Positions 38,331 through 48,815 of a stretch of DNA of 64,000 nucleotides are shown here, one piece after another. Under the pieces are notes generated by a model, which did no database searches, was not told the origin of the DNA, and saw nothing but the letters and a program-made list of their open reading frames with translations. The DNA comes from Bradymonadia bacterium (GTDB taxonomy: Bacteria; Myxococcota_A; Bradymonadia; UBA7976; UBA1532). Numbering within the stretch: the stretch's first letter is position 1; every line of letters starts with the position of its first letter. Made by a program: the position numbers and the translations under genes. The DNA lies in assembly GCA_046290225.1 (NCBI GenBank), contig JBKAGE010000079.1:160001-224000 (forward strand), in the 5' to 3' direction.

Positions 38331-39722
38331 CTACGCTTCGGTGATGGCTGCGAGGGGGTTGAAGGTGGCCTCGTCAGGGCTCAATGGCCGTACGATGTGT
38401 ACCTCTTGCGCAGTGCCCACTGCCTGAGTGCCCAGATCGAGGTCGATGCCTTTGGGGAGCGGGTGACCCTTGGTATCGGTGATGATTCTGATTTGAGGTC
38501 GTTGGAGTGCATCAGGCTGATGCGAGCGGGCTGTGACCACAGCCCAGGCACCACTCTGCAAGAGCACCGGGCTGCCGATGGGGATGATGCCCACCGACGA
38601 GATCAACAGTTTGAGCAGATCAGGGGCGACATCGGGCGTGCGGGACAAGTTCCGCAGGATGGACGCCGGCGTACGATCCGCAGGGGCGGGGGCATAGAGC
38701 CCGTCGATGTATTGTCGACACAAGTACAACATGCGCCCAGGCAGAGACTGCGTGTTCTCGTGGCTCGACGCCGTACCTGCACGGGCGGCTTCCAGAGCAT
38801 TCTGAGACCAGACAAGGCCCTTGGCGGTCAACCCACCTGCGCTGAGCATCACACCGGCATGCAGCGCGGGGTTCGGCGCTTCGATACGGCCCCGGGTGGC
38901 GTGCAGCAGATCGGCGCTGGTGCTGAGCATGCCCATGTGGGCCATGCAGGCGATGAGATCCCGACTCTTGGACAACCGCTCGGTCATCAAGGCCATCAAG
39001 ATGCCCGTCTGCGCAGCCCGCCAGGCGAGGCGGCCATCGAGGGGCATCAACGACCACAACGCCAGGTGGGGCCGCTCGGTGAGTGGGCGCCTGATCAAGC
39101 CGGCGATTTGATGGGTGAGCCGCGAGAGTGTCGGTGAGCGGCCGGGGATCCCCGAAACCAGAGCGTCGTGACAGGCCTCGATCTCCACCACCGTGCGGGC
39201 GAAGAGTCGGTGAAGTGTGGTGCCCTGGCCAATGCCTTGGAGAGCTTCAGCGTCTCCCACGAGTTGTACTTCGAGGTGAGGCTGGTTGAGGTTGCGGAGT
39301 AAAGAGCCGTCATCTTTGCCTTCGCTGGCGTAGATGAAAGCTTGAGCAAAGGCGACGAGGGCCTGCTCTCGAACTTCTTTGGCAAAGTTGAGGGTGCTCA
39401 CCCCCGCTTGCCTCAGAAAACCCCCCATGCGCCTCGCCACCCGCCATGTGCTCTCGTCGGCAAGGAGCAGGCGACCACACAATCGGCAGGCGCCATCGGC
39501 CGACCACGCGAAGGAAACGGGGGCCTGAAGTTGTCGTGCGAGATCAGTGAGTGTCTTCAGGGTCGCCCTGATGTGTTCGATCGTCTGCTCACGATCACCT
39601 TCGTGATTGGCGACGGCGCGGATCAGCTGGCAAATGCTGAGGAGCGTCTCCCCACCACGGGCATCGATGAGCTGCGCTTGCTCGGAAGGCGAGGGGAGGA
39701 TGGGGCTGTGCAGCAGCGTCAT
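38331..39722 (-). CDS. Degenerate HD-GYP-like protein
   Basis: C-terminal GIIPIGSPVLLQSG.WAVV..RP.IRII resembles HD-GYP C-terminal extensions; no HD or GYP motif visible; ATGA overlap with upstream gene. Confidence 0.5.
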   Translation of the reverse strand: MTLLHSPILPSPSEQAQLIDARGGETLLSICQLIRAVANHEGDREQTIEHIRATLKTLTDLARQLQAPVSFAWSADGACRLCGRLLLADESTWRVARRMGGFLRQAGVSTLNFAKEVREQALVAFAQAFIYASEGKDDGSLLRNLNQPHLEVQLVGDAEALQGIGQGTTLHRLFARTVVEIEACHDALVSGIPGRSPTLSRLTHQIAGLIRRPLTERPHLALWSLMPLDGRLAWRAAQTGILMALMTERLSKSRDLIACMAHMGMLSTSADLLHATRGRIEAPNPALHAGVMLSAGGLTAKGLVWSQNALEAARAGTASSHENTQSLPGRMLYLCRQYIDGLYAPAPADRTPASILRNLSRTPDVAPDLLKLLISSVGIIPIGSPVLLQSGAWAVVTARSHQPDALQRPQIRIITDTKGHPLPKGIDLDLGTQAVGTAQEVHIVRPLSPDEATFNPLAAITEA

Positions 39723-42700
39723 AGCGCACCATCCTGCCTGCCGATGAGGCGTCGCTCGATGCGCTGAATGGCGATTTGGGCCGCTTGCCTGACCCGGTGA
39801 CTGTTCTTCCACCTCGCTTGGCCTTCTTCACGTAGGTATTTGACTGTCTCCGCATCACGGCTGATTTGCCCCAGCAACTCGGCGGCGAGCTCCCGGCTCT
39901 GCTCGTGAGCATCTGAGGACAAGAATCGTCTGCTGCGCAAAAGGTCGAGGGCCAGTGACTCAGTCCGGCCTGGATCGAGAGCGTGCAGCGTTTCGAGGCA
40001 CTGACGGCGCTCTTCTACAGGCAGCTCGTCGAACTCTGGAGTTCTGATGCGCATGACGAGGCTGGGCCCTGCATGGCGGATACGGTGTCGGGCCATGATC
40101 TTCAGGGCTGCGAGCCTGATTTGCGGATCGGGATCCTCGAGCAGGGGTCTGATCTCCACTCGGGGGCCGCTCTCCCCAGCGTTCAAGAAGCCCAACGCCT
40201 CCAGTCGGACCACTGAATGTCGATTGCTCGAGGCGCTCATCATCGCCTGACGGCCTGCCTCTGTTTCTCGGCGGCCGAGGGTTTCGACCAGCGCCAGCCC
40301 CAAAGCTGCATCTGCCGCGGGCAGCAGCTGACCGAGGAGGCTCTCCTGACCAGGAGAAACCTGCTCGAGCCACTGAAAGACAGCCCGTTGAAGCGAGGTT
40401 TCTGAGAGCTGATGTAGGTGGGGGACCAGAGGGGTCAGGTGCTCTGGCCCCAAGGCCAGGAGCAGGGTTTCGGTGTGTTCGGGGAGGCCATGCTCCGCAT
40501 GACGGTCGAGCAACCAGCGCGCCCACAGTGTCACTGAGTCTGCAGAGAGCACACCATTGATCAGCTCGCGCTGACGCTCAGGCTCTTCTTCGAAGTGAAG
40601 GAGCAGTCGGGAGAGCAGCGCAGTGATGTCTTCGGGATCCTGGAGGATCAGGATGGAGACAGAGCGCCGCAGGCTCTTGAGAAGTGTGCTCTCGTCACCG
40701 AGCGCTCTCATCTCCACAAAAGCACCAGAGATCAATGCGTCGAGTTGAGCGGTGGGTGGTTCAAGGGCCGCCAGCTGCTGCATGAAGGCCTCGACTCGAG
40801 GTGGGTCGATGTGAAGTGCTTGCACCAGCTGAACACCATGGCGCTCTGTGGTGCCGGTCTGCTCCGCAGATGGGTGCCACGCGTCGCTCAGCCCCGGCCG
40901 ATGAGGGATACACTGGGTGGTCAGGACATCGAGGCAAGCCTGGAGCATGAGTTCTTGCTGAGGGATGCCTGCATCGGAGCTGAAGGGATCAGCTTCGAGC
41001 ACGATGTGCTCAGGATCAGCAGCCCACAGCACGCACAACGGATCTCCACGCCGTTCGCCCAGAGGGTGGGCCAGGGCCTCGACGAGTGCCTCGATCTGCC
41101 CTCGATCGACACCGTGGAGCACAGCCATACGGCGGCCACCTGCATTGTGGAGCGCTCTGGGGATCTCCACCAACGTGCCTTCAGGGCGCCACAAGACGTG
41201 CTCGCCTGCGATGAACCCAAAGGGCTCTATGGTCCAGAGCATCCCCTCGGGGTGAGCATTGAGCGCCGTGGCAAGGTGCTCGCTCAGGGTGTACAGATGC
41301 TGACCTGTTTCATCATCTTCGGCGCCCTTGACCAGCCACATCGTGAGGGCCTCTTCAAGGTGCTCGAAGAAGGTGGCGAGGTCCTGAATGGTGCTGGATG
41401 TCTGCTCTTCGGGATACAGAGTGAGCTCTGGGCGCTCGGAGAAAGGACTGGGCTTCAACCCCAGGTTGGCCATGGACAGCTCGGCGGGGGTGAGCTGTCG
41501 AAGCAGAGGCGCTGGAGACTCCGGCGCCTCGACTGCGGGTTCAAAGGGCATCTCGGCCCGTGAAGCATCCGATACATCGGTGGCTTCGGCCTGAGGGGGC
41601 AGGGTAAAGAGCGCTTCGATGATCTCCTCGTCCGAGGTGATCCGTTTGGGGATCGTACCGAGTGCCTCGTCCTCAGTCTCGGGAGGTGGTGTCTCCACCA
41701 CTGCGAGGTTCAACGGCTCGTTGAGTGACTCGGTGGCCAGCAAAGCAGCGTGATCAGACGCCAGTGCTTCATCGGAAGGTGTGACGAGAGGAAGCTCTTC
41801 CACGAGAGGCGGTGGATCATGTCTCGAAGGTATGGCCGAGTTCGAGACCGCAGTGCTCAGTGTTGAAGTATCTGGTGCAGTTGTGTCTGGTGCTGCCGTG
41901 TCCGAAGGCGTCTCTGATACATAGGCCTCGTCTTCCGACTCTATCGAGGATGATGAGCGCTCTGGTTGAGCATCTGCAGGCGGAGACGTGTCCTCAGATG
42001 AGAATTGGATTGGCCCGTTGATGACAGTTGGCTCATCAGGCAGGGCCTCAGAGGGCTCTGAAATCACCTGAGGTGCCAGATCCGAAAGGTTCAGCTGCAG
42101 ACGTACGTCCATCAATGCGTGTCGCATGGACTCTGCACCCTGGAATCGATCAGCGGGAGACTGAGCCTGGGCCTTGTTGAGCAACGACATCAGAGACACG
42201 GGCAGTTGAGGTCGGGTGCGTGTATAGCCCTCACCCTCGGCCTGGGGGGTGACGGTGGCGAGCCAGAAGAGGGTGACCCCCAGTTGCCAGACATCAGTGC
42301 GGGCTTCTCCGAGAATCTGCTCGGCTCTCTGCTCTGGCGCGGTAAAGCTCGGATGCCCGGCGAGGGTGGGCTGGGAGGGCACTGAGGGCTGCCCGAAGTC
42401 GAGCACCTTGAGCTGCTCTTCTTCAGTGAGGAACAGCGACTCGGGTCTCAGGTGGCCGTGTACGATGCCTCTTCGGTGGGCATGAGACAGAACTTCCAGG
42501 GTGCGAATGCCCAGGCGGGTGAGCTCTTCTGCACCGAGCGGGCCACCTCTCAAACGTGGAAGAGCGCTCACCGGATGTCCGAGGAGAAGCTCGGTGACCA
42601 TGAAAGCTCCCAACTCGCCGACACCAGTGTCCAATACATTGAGCGTGCCGGGGTGGGTGAGCAGTGCGGCCTGCTCAGCTTCGTGTACGAGCTGCTGAGT

Positions 42701-42916
42701 GGCGGCGTCTTTCTCTTCGAGATCAGGGCGAAGCAGGGTGATGGCAGCGGAGTCGAGGGTATCCTGGTGACTCGCGGCATAGACGGCGGTGTGTCGACCG
42801 AGGCCGATGAGGGCGTCGAGCCGCCAGTCGCCGACGAAGTGCCCCAGAGCGTTGGCGCACGCTCTGCGTACATCTTCGGCGGCTGCGCCGTCGATGGTGC
42901 TGCGATCCCAGGTCAT
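39719..42916 (-). CDS. Ser/Thr protein kinase-like (probable pseudokinase) with acidic linker and C-terminal HEAT repeats
   Basis: IGLG..AVY, HGHLRPES, KVLDFG, APE, DVWQLG; HEAT-like LLEDPDPQIRLAAL; start uncertain. Confidence 0.75.
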   Translation of the reverse strand: MTWDRSTIDGAAAEDVRRACANALGHFVGDWRLDALIGLGRHTAVYAASHQDTLDSAAITLLRPDLEEKDAATQQLVHEAEQAALLTHPGTLNVLDTGVGELGAFMVTELLLGHPVSALPRLRGGPLGAEELTRLGIRTLEVLSHAHRRGIVHGHLRPESLFLTEEEQLKVLDFGQPSVPSQPTLAGHPSFTAPEQRAEQILGEARTDVWQLGVTLFWLATVTPQAEGEGYTRTRPQLPVSLMSLLNKAQAQSPADRFQGAESMRHALMDVRLQLNLSDLAPQVISEPSEALPDEPTVINGPIQFSSEDTSPPADAQPERSSSSIESEDEAYVSETPSDTAAPDTTAPDTSTLSTAVSNSAIPSRHDPPPLVEELPLVTPSDEALASDHAALLATESLNEPLNLAVVETPPPETEDEALGTIPKRITSDEEIIEALFTLPPQAEATDVSDASRAEMPFEPAVEAPESPAPLLRQLTPAELSMANLGLKPSPFSERPELTLYPEEQTSSTIQDLATFFEHLEEALTMWLVKGAEDDETGQHLYTLSEHLATALNAHPEGMLWTIEPFGFIAGEHVLWRPEGTLVEIPRALHNAGGRRMAVLHGVDRGQIEALVEALAHPLGERRGDPLCVLWAADPEHIVLEADPFSSDAGIPQQELMLQACLDVLTTQCIPHRPGLSDAWHPSAEQTGTTERHGVQLVQALHIDPPRVEAFMQQLAALEPPTAQLDALISGAFVEMRALGDESTLLKSLRRSVSILILQDPEDITALLSRLLLHFEEEPERQRELINGVLSADSVTLWARWLLDRHAEHGLPEHTETLLLALGPEHLTPLVPHLHQLSETSLQRAVFQWLEQVSPGQESLLGQLLPAADAALGLALVETLGRRETEAGRQAMMSASSNRHSVVRLEALGFLNAGESGPRVEIRPLLEDPDPQIRLAALKIMARHRIRHAGPSLVMRIRTPEFDELPVEERRQCLETLHALDPGRTESLALDLLRSRRFLSSDAHEQSRELAAELLGQISRDAETVKYLREEGQARWKNSHRVRQAAQIAIQRIERRLIGRQDGAL

Positions 42917-43109
42917 GGGGGTGAGCGACCTCTTCAAAATGAGAATATTCCGCCTCGTGAGGCGTGATTCTCTGTGATTCCCTGCACACAAAACTCGGCA
43001 CAACCAGATGAGGGGTTGAGTGCCGGTCAGCCTCGTCAATCCTGTGAGGGTGTCATGTAATGAAGTGGGTGTGCAAGTCGTACTGTTGCCTAAGTATGCA
43101 CAGGCAGTG

Positions 43110-44066
43110 TCAGTTCAAGGCTTTTATGAACTTGAGCGACATCACCATGCCTGGATATTCACACCCGACTCGAGGCCCGCGAGGCGTGTCTTGGAGGGAC
43201 ACGCTGGCACCATTGGGGTGGCGCCAGAGCTGTGTCGTGCCCTGGCCCTGCTGCACCTGAGCATAGCCCAGACGCCCCAACCGCTCGTTGAGGGTTTTGA
43301 CGTTGTAGTCGAGGACCTCGGCATTGCGAAGCCAGACCCCGAGGGTGGTCTCCACTGTCTTCACTGTGTGGGTCGTGTGCAGTGACAGGAGTCGTCGGGT
43401 GCGTTGTGATGGGGCCCAGATACGCGCGGCCCGTGAGAGGGAGGGGGTGGGGGTCAGCTGTGGGGGGCGTTTGCATCTGGCATCTGCAGGTGTTGTGGCT
43501 GCTGCATCCCAGGACAGCCGCAACCTGATCTCTCGCGCTTCACCAGGAGGAGCGATGAGTGGGAACACTTCGAGACGCCACTCGCCACCATCTGAGCCCT
43601 TCAGAGGCCCCTCGTGCTCGAGAAGCTTGCCCTCTGGAGGGGTGAGTCCTGCTGTGGTGAGGAGATCGCGCAGAGCATGCTCGTGCTCTGCGTCGGTGCC
43701 GAAGCGTCTGCCCTGCAGGGTGAGCTCGCGGAGCTGAGCAGATCCGCGATGGGCGCTGAGCAACTCGAATTCGAGAGAGAAGATGCGGCCATCGAGGGCC
43801 TTGATGGCTTTCGACCAGCGAGAGGGCAGCCCGTCGGGCATTTCGATGTGAGGGCGCGTGCGAAAACGGGCCGTGCGCTCATCGAGACTGGGTCCACGCC
43901 GAGTCGCTTGAGCCTCAGCTGCAGGCTGCGAAGGGGTCGGGGCCGCATCTGTCGATGGCTCTTTGGGGGTGCTACAGGCCCAGAGGAGCGAGATGAGACA
44001 GACTGAGATGAGGCGGGAAGTTGCCCGTGGGACAAGGCCGGAGAGGCCGTGGATGGCTGGCTTCAA
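43110..44066 (-). CDS. Hypothetical lipoprotein
   Basis: Lipobox LWAC after hydrophobic stretch; co-directional operon context; start uncertain. Confidence 0.55.
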   Translation of the reverse strand: MKPAIHGLSGLVPRATSRLISVCLISLLWACSTPKEPSTDAAPTPSQPAAEAQATRRGPSLDERTARFRTRPHIEMPDGLPSRWSKAIKALDGRIFSLEFELLSAHRGSAQLRELTLQGRRFGTDAEHEHALRDLLTTAGLTPPEGKLLEHEGPLKGSDGGEWRLEVFPLIAPPGEAREIRLRLSWDAAATTPADARCKRPPQLTPTPSLSRAARIWAPSQRTRRLLSLHTTHTVKTVETTLGVWLRNAEVLDYNVKTLNERLGRLGYAQVQQGQGTTQLWRHPNGASVSLQDTPRGPRVGCEYPGMVMSLKFIKALN

Positions 44067-44072
44067 TGGCGC

Positions 44073-44642
44073 TTACTTTTTCAGCAATGCCAGGGCCTTG
44101 TCGAGCATCTCCTTGCCCTCTTCGCCCTCATCGTAGATGGCCTTCACTTGACCCTTGCCATCAAGCAGGACCGCCAGAGGCAAGCGCGCCTTCTCCTTGC
44201 CGTTGTTGCTCTCGGTGACCCCGAAGCTGCTCGACATCTTGCCGAACTGGTCCAGGATCACCATGTCGGGGGCCAGGCCCTTGAAGTCGTCGAGGAACGG
44301 GCTCACCTTCTCAGGGGCCTCGGCATAGTCCACCAGCACGAGGCGCACGCCGGCAGTGGACAGCGCCTCACGGGCTGTAGAGAGATACTTCAGCTTCTTC
44401 TTGCAGGGCTTGCACCACGTCGCAAAGAAGATCACCAGATGGCCGGAGGCGTCAGCGTCTTTGAGCAGCTTCGTGCGATTGATCAGCTTCTGATCCAGGG
44501 TCCAGCCCGCAAACCATGGTGCGATCTGGCCCACCGCGATGGTGGCCTGAGCTGGGGCCTGTGCTTTCGCCTTGGGGGCCGCCGAGCCCGTGACAGGGGC
44601 AAGCAGAAGCCCCGCGAGGGCCATGTGCAACAATCGCTTCAT
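44073..44642 (-). CDS. TlpA/ResA-like thiol-disulfide oxidoreductase
   Basis: Signal peptide, FFATWCKPC. Confidence 0.85.
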   Translation of the reverse strand: MKRLLHMALAGLLLAPVTGSAAPKAKAQAPAQATIAVGQIAPWFAGWTLDQKLINRTKLLKDADASGHLVIFFATWCKPCKKKLKYLSTAREALSTAGVRLVLVDYAEAPEKVSPFLDDFKGLAPDMVILDQFGKMSSSFGVTESNNGKEKARLPLAVLLDGKGQVKAIYDEGEEGKEMLDKALALLKK

Positions 44643-44643
44643 C

Positions 44644-45687
44644 TCACTCCTCCAGGGGCAGCACTGCGCGGAGCTGAGCGCGCAGGGTGTCGGCCATGGG
44701 GGCTTCCCCAGCCTTCTTGATCAGGGCGGTGAGGGCCATGTCCATCCGCTTGGGGTGGGCCCCCTTCAGCTTGAGGGGCCGGAAGTCCAGAGGGGCGAGC
44801 TCGGCGCCGGTATTGCAGTCGGTGAGGCGGGCGGTGAGGGGCAGGCTACATCGGCTGCCCAGAGAGCCCTGAGCGCAGTCCACCTGACCCTCGAGGGTCA
44901 TGGCCAGCCCGTCGTTGCAGCTTTCGCCACTGGCGCCGCTCATGCCCAGGGTGCTGATCGCGCTCACCAGAGACCGCTGAACGGCGGTCTCGACCTTGGG
45001 GTTCTGCAGCGCCCCGGGCACCACGGTGATCTTGAGGGCGCTCATCTTGCTCGCCCGAGCGGCGATGAGGGAGCGTGCCCGGCGGTTGTCGGCCTCCATG
45101 CCCTCGATGCCGCCGCCGGCGACGACCTTGGCCCGGCGGGCGAGGGTGGCCAGGGGGGTGTATGCATCCATGGCCACCCTGAAGTTCCGGGTGAATTTGG
45201 TGATGTCGCTGCCCGAGCGCTCGGCCCCGGTGGCTGCTTCGGTGAAGGCGGGTCGCTGCTGACTGTAGGCCTCGGCGAGGGCATCGAGGTACTCGCCACG
45301 GGACATCACGGCCATGGCCCGACAACGCTCTTCGCCGGAATCACCACAGTAGTTCGCGTCATCGACCAGCTTGATGAGCTCGGCACGTTCGAAGTCGGAG
45401 GTCTCTCGAATGAACCGGTCGACGGTGGTGCTGGCCTGGCCGGAGCTTTCTTGGGTACTCACCTTCAAGTCGGCCTGGAGCGAGGCGCTGACCTGCTTGG
45501 CGACACGGGCCTTGGCATCGGCCTGAGCTTCGGCCTGAGATGGGCCGAGGCCGTGGCCCACGACATAGCGACGCTCGGAGTACTTGGTCTTGAGCTTGCC
45601 CATGTCGGGCCCTGCGGGGGCGCCACCGCAAGCAGAGAGGCTCAGCGCCAGGGGCGCCAGGGTGAGGGCAGCCTTCAAGGTGTTCAT
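44644..45687 (-). CDS. LPP20-like lipoprotein
   Basis: Lipobox LSAC, YVVGHG..A..DA.A.VAKQVS. Confidence 0.6.
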   Translation of the reverse strand: MNTLKAALTLAPLALSLSACGGAPAGPDMGKLKTKYSERRYVVGHGLGPSQAEAQADAKARVAKQVSASLQADLKVSTQESSGQASTTVDRFIRETSDFERAELIKLVDDANYCGDSGEERCRAMAVMSRGEYLDALAEAYSQQRPAFTEAATGAERSGSDITKFTRNFRVAMDAYTPLATLARRAKVVAGGGIEGMEADNRRARSLIAARASKMSALKITVVPGALQNPKVETAVQRSLVSAISTLGMSGASGESCNDGLAMTLEGQVDCAQGSLGSRCSLPLTARLTDCNTGAELAPLDFRPLKLKGAHPKRMDMALTALIKKAGEAPMADTLRAQLRAVLPLEE

Positions 45688-46265
45688 GCGATCATCTCCA
45701 GCAGACGGGCGAGCAGATCCCGGGTGGCCAGGGCATCGCCGAGGGCGGTGTGCCGAGCCTCTTCCGGGGGGGCGATGCCGAAATGGGCGAAGGCGCCATC
45801 AGAGGCGCAGGTCTCTGGTGGCAGCCGATTACGGGCCACCAAAGACCACAAGAGCGTGTGAGTGTCCAGCGTGCGATGCCCGAGGGCGTTGGGCAGAGGG
45901 CGGCCGGCGATGTGATAGGCCCGTCTGAGGAAGGCCAGATCGAACGCCACGTTGTGTCCGGCGATGATGGGGGCCCGGCCGTCGACGGTGCACTGTGCCA
46001 GGAAGGCCTCCACTGCTTCACATGCCTGAGCAGGGGAGATGCCGTGCTCGCCGATCCAGCGCGCGCTGAGGCGGTGGATCTTCTCTGACTCCGGGGTGAT
46101 GACGATCTCGGGCTCGGCGACGAAGATCTCGGTGCGGTGGGCGCCGTCTCCCGAGACCAGCCCGATGGAGAGCAGGCTGTTCGACCAGGGATCGAGGCCC
46201 CCGGTCTCGGTGTCGAGCACGACGACGCGGCTGAGGGTGTGTGTGGGCACGGATGGGGCAGACAT
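45684..46265 (-). CDS. DEDDh 3'-5' exonuclease (DnaQ/RNase T-like)
   Basis: LDTETGG, AGHNVAFD, HTALGDA. Confidence 0.9.
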   Translation of the reverse strand: MSAPSVPTHTLSRVVVLDTETGGLDPWSNSLLSIGLVSGDGAHRTEIFVAEPEIVITPESEKIHRLSARWIGEHGISPAQACEAVEAFLAQCTVDGRAPIIAGHNVAFDLAFLRRAYHIAGRPLPNALGHRTLDTHTLLWSLVARNRLPPETCASDGAFAHFGIAPPEEARHTALGDALATRDLLARLLEMIA

Positions 46266-46520
46266 GTGTGACAGCTCTCGGAACCCTACTGCAAAGACCT
46301 TCGTGTGCGGGCGCGACAGAATACGTTCGGGACCACCGGTCGATTCAACACAATGTGCGCGTAGGCGCACGTGAGCAGAGATGGGCTGATCCGAAGATGT
46401 GTTGACGCATCGAAGACACAGCCCATAAGCCACCGATTCTACACGCTGAGGTGCTGACATGTCTGCCCATTTGCGCCGCCTCAAAGTCTGGCGCACGGTC
46501 TGATGCACATGGTGCATCTC

Positions 46521-46748
46521 TCAGTGCTGGGGCTCACACCGCCAGGTTTTCGCCCCAGGGGCTGTTTTCATGCACACGCCGAGCTTGCCCGGGGCGAAGG
46601 TGCACTGCTGTCCCGTGCGGGTACATTTTGGTGGGCCCTTGTCGCTTGCTGCGGGCTCGCCCCCCGAGCAGCCCCAGAGCCCCAAAACCATCACTGCCGT
46701 CGCAAGCCACTTGCCTCCATCGGGCCAACCGGGCTTCACTCCTGCCAT
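46521..46748 (-). CDS. Small Cys-rich putative lipoprotein
   Basis: VMVLGLWGC lipobox followed by four further Cys; start uncertain. Confidence 0.5.
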   Translation of the reverse strand: MAGVKPGWPDGGKWLATAVMVLGLWGCSGGEPAASDKGPPKCTRTGQQCTFAPGKLGVCMKTAPGAKTWRCEPQH

Positions 46749-47430
46749 GCCGCGTATCCTCCTCATCGACGACGAGCCCGCCATCACCGAGAGCCTCGCC
46801 TATGCCCTCGGCCGGGCGGGGTTCGAGACCGAAGCCGCAGCCTCGCTCGAGGCTGGTCGGCGCAGCCTCAGCGCCGGAGACTTCGATTTGATGGTGCTCG
46901 ATCTCATGTTGCCAGATGGCAACGGGCTCGATTGGTTGCGCGCCTTGCGCCAGAGATCGAACCTGCCGGTCATCATCTTGTCCAGCCACGATGATCCCGT
47001 AGAGCACGTCGTGGGCCTGGAGCTGGGCGCCGACGACTACATCGACAAGCCCTTCAGCCCTCGAGAGGTGGTGGCGCGCATTCGAGCGGTGCTGCGTCGC
47101 ACCGCGGCGCAAGGGCCCGAGACGCGCACCCCCGAAGGGTTCACCGTCGACGAGGCCAAGCGGCTCATCACCGCCAACGGGCAGCGCCTCACCCTCAGCA
47201 AGACCGAGTTTGACCTGCTGGCCACCTTCATCGCCTCACCAGGTCGCGTCTTCGAGCGCGATCAACTTCTGCGGAGGGCGTGGGGATCGGATGTCACGGT
47301 GACCGAGCGTACCGTGGACGTCTACATCAAGGCCCTGCGGAAGAAGCTGGTGCAGGCAGGGATGGAGGGCAACACCATCGAGACCGTGCGGGGCGTCGGG
47401 TATCGGCTCGCCGAGCCCGAGCAGCGCTGA
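46747..47430 (+). CDS. OmpR-family response regulator (CreB-like)
   Basis: ILLIDDE, LDLMLPDG, GADDY..KPFS, winged helix ETVRGVGY. Confidence 0.92.
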   Translation: MPRILLIDDEPAITESLAYALGRAGFETEAAASLEAGRRSLSAGDFDLMVLDLMLPDGNGLDWLRALRQRSNLPVIILSSHDDPVEHVVGLELGADDYIDKPFSPREVVARIRAVLRRTAAQGPETRTPEGFTVDEAKRLITANGQRLTLSKTEFDLLATFIASPGRVFERDQLLRRAWGSDVTVTERTVDVYIKALRKKLVQAGMEGNTIETVRGVGYRLAEPEQR

Positions 47431-47439
47431 GGCTTTTTC

Positions 47440-48606
47440 GTGAACGTGGCAGAGCTGGCAGGTCCCGAAGACCTCGGTCCCCTCATGGTGATCGCCGGGG
47501 CGGTGCTCCTCATCGGGGTCACGTTCGTGGCTACACGAGTGGCGCGCTCGCTGCGGCACGGCTTCTCGATCAGGCTGCAGATCTTCATCGCCCTGGTGGT
47601 GGGTAACCTCGTGGTCATGGGTGCCTACGGGTTGCTCATTTTCGAACGCTTGCACAGCAAAGCCCAGACCATCATGGCCCTGCACCCCTCCATGAGCTCG
47701 GCCATCGAGGCCTTGCTGGCCAACTTCGGGCCTCCGCTGGCCTTCCTCAGCATCGTGCTCGGCGTGGCTTCTGCGGCAGCGGCCTTCATCGTGGGCCGGC
47801 ATCTCGCCCGCCCTCTGGAGCAAATCACCCGGGCGGCAGAGTCCGTCGCTCAGGGCGATCGCACCGCCCCGTTCCCCATGGCCTCGGGCAGGGAGCCCCG
47901 ACAGCTGATCGCCGCGCTGGACTCGATGCGCCGCGCCCTGGAGCAGCGCCACGCCATGGAGCAGTTCGTCGCCGACCTGTCCCACGAGCTGAAGAACCCT
48001 GTTGCTGCCATTCGAGCGGCCTCGGAGGTTCTGGACGAAGGGGCCGCCGAGGATCCCGAAGCGCGGCCACGGTTCCTCAAGCGGATCCAGGAGGCCAACC
48101 ATCGGCTCGACGTACTGGTGCAGGATCTCCTCGCCCTGGCGCGCTTGGAGGCACGAGGCATCAGTGACGAAGTGGAGCTCGTCGATCTCGAAGCGCTGAT
48201 CCGCACTGCTGTAGAAGGGGCGGCGGGCCGTCTCGAGTCTCGTGGCGTCTCGGTGACGCTGCAGACGCGCTCCGTCAAAGTGCATGGCAGCCCCAGATGG
48301 ATCAGTAGAGCCCTCGACAATCTGCTGTCCAACGCCATTCGATACAGCCCCGAAGGCGGTGTGATCACTGTGTCCCTCACCTCGGAGGGGGGCGTGGCCT
48401 GCATGACTGTCGCCGACGAGGGCCCTGGGGTGACACCGGCGCTGAGAGGGCGCCTCTTCGAGCGTTTCGTCACCGAGCGGGCTGAGCAGGGGGGCAGTGG
48501 GCTGGGCCTGGCCATCGTGCAGACGGTGGCGGCTCATCATCTGGGTGAAGCGCGGCTGGCGCCTTCGGAGAAGGGTGCCCGTTTCGAACTGACACTGGCG
48601 CTGTGA
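47440..48606 (+). CDS. HAMP sensor histidine kinase (CreC-like)
   Basis: TM helices, SHELKNP, NLLSNAIRYS, DEGPG, GSGLGL. Confidence 0.92.
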   Translation: MNVAELAGPEDLGPLMVIAGAVLLIGVTFVATRVARSLRHGFSIRLQIFIALVVGNLVVMGAYGLLIFERLHSKAQTIMALHPSMSSAIEALLANFGPPLAFLSIVLGVASAAAAFIVGRHLARPLEQITRAAESVAQGDRTAPFPMASGREPRQLIAALDSMRRALEQRHAMEQFVADLSHELKNPVAAIRAASEVLDEGAAEDPEARPRFLKRIQEANHRLDVLVQDLLALARLEARGISDEVELVDLEALIRTAVEGAAGRLESRGVSVTLQTRSVKVHGSPRWISRALDNLLSNAIRYSPEGGVITVSLTSEGGVACMTVADEGPGVTPALRGRLFERFVTERAEQGGSGLGLAIVQTVAAHHLGEARLAPSEKGARFELTLAL

Positions 48607-48815
48607 ACCCTCAAAACCAGAGACAAGCGTGACCCGGGCCGGCGTTTTTTCGAGAAAAAACGACCTCTTTTTCAAGCAAGCGCATCAATTTCACGAGTTT
48701 TTCATCTGGGATTCATATCCCCCTGGCAGACTCCATCATCGTTACGGTGGTGTTTGAATGCCCTGAGGCCGTGTCTACAGAGACCCCCTCAGGCCCAATT
48801 GACGGAGGCCCGCTC

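Noticed and set aside
48643..48662. CGTTTTTT-CGAG-AAAAAACG palindrome after the histidine kinase as a terminator
   Set aside because: The stem is almost entirely A-T and is more likely part of the AT-rich uppS promoter region.
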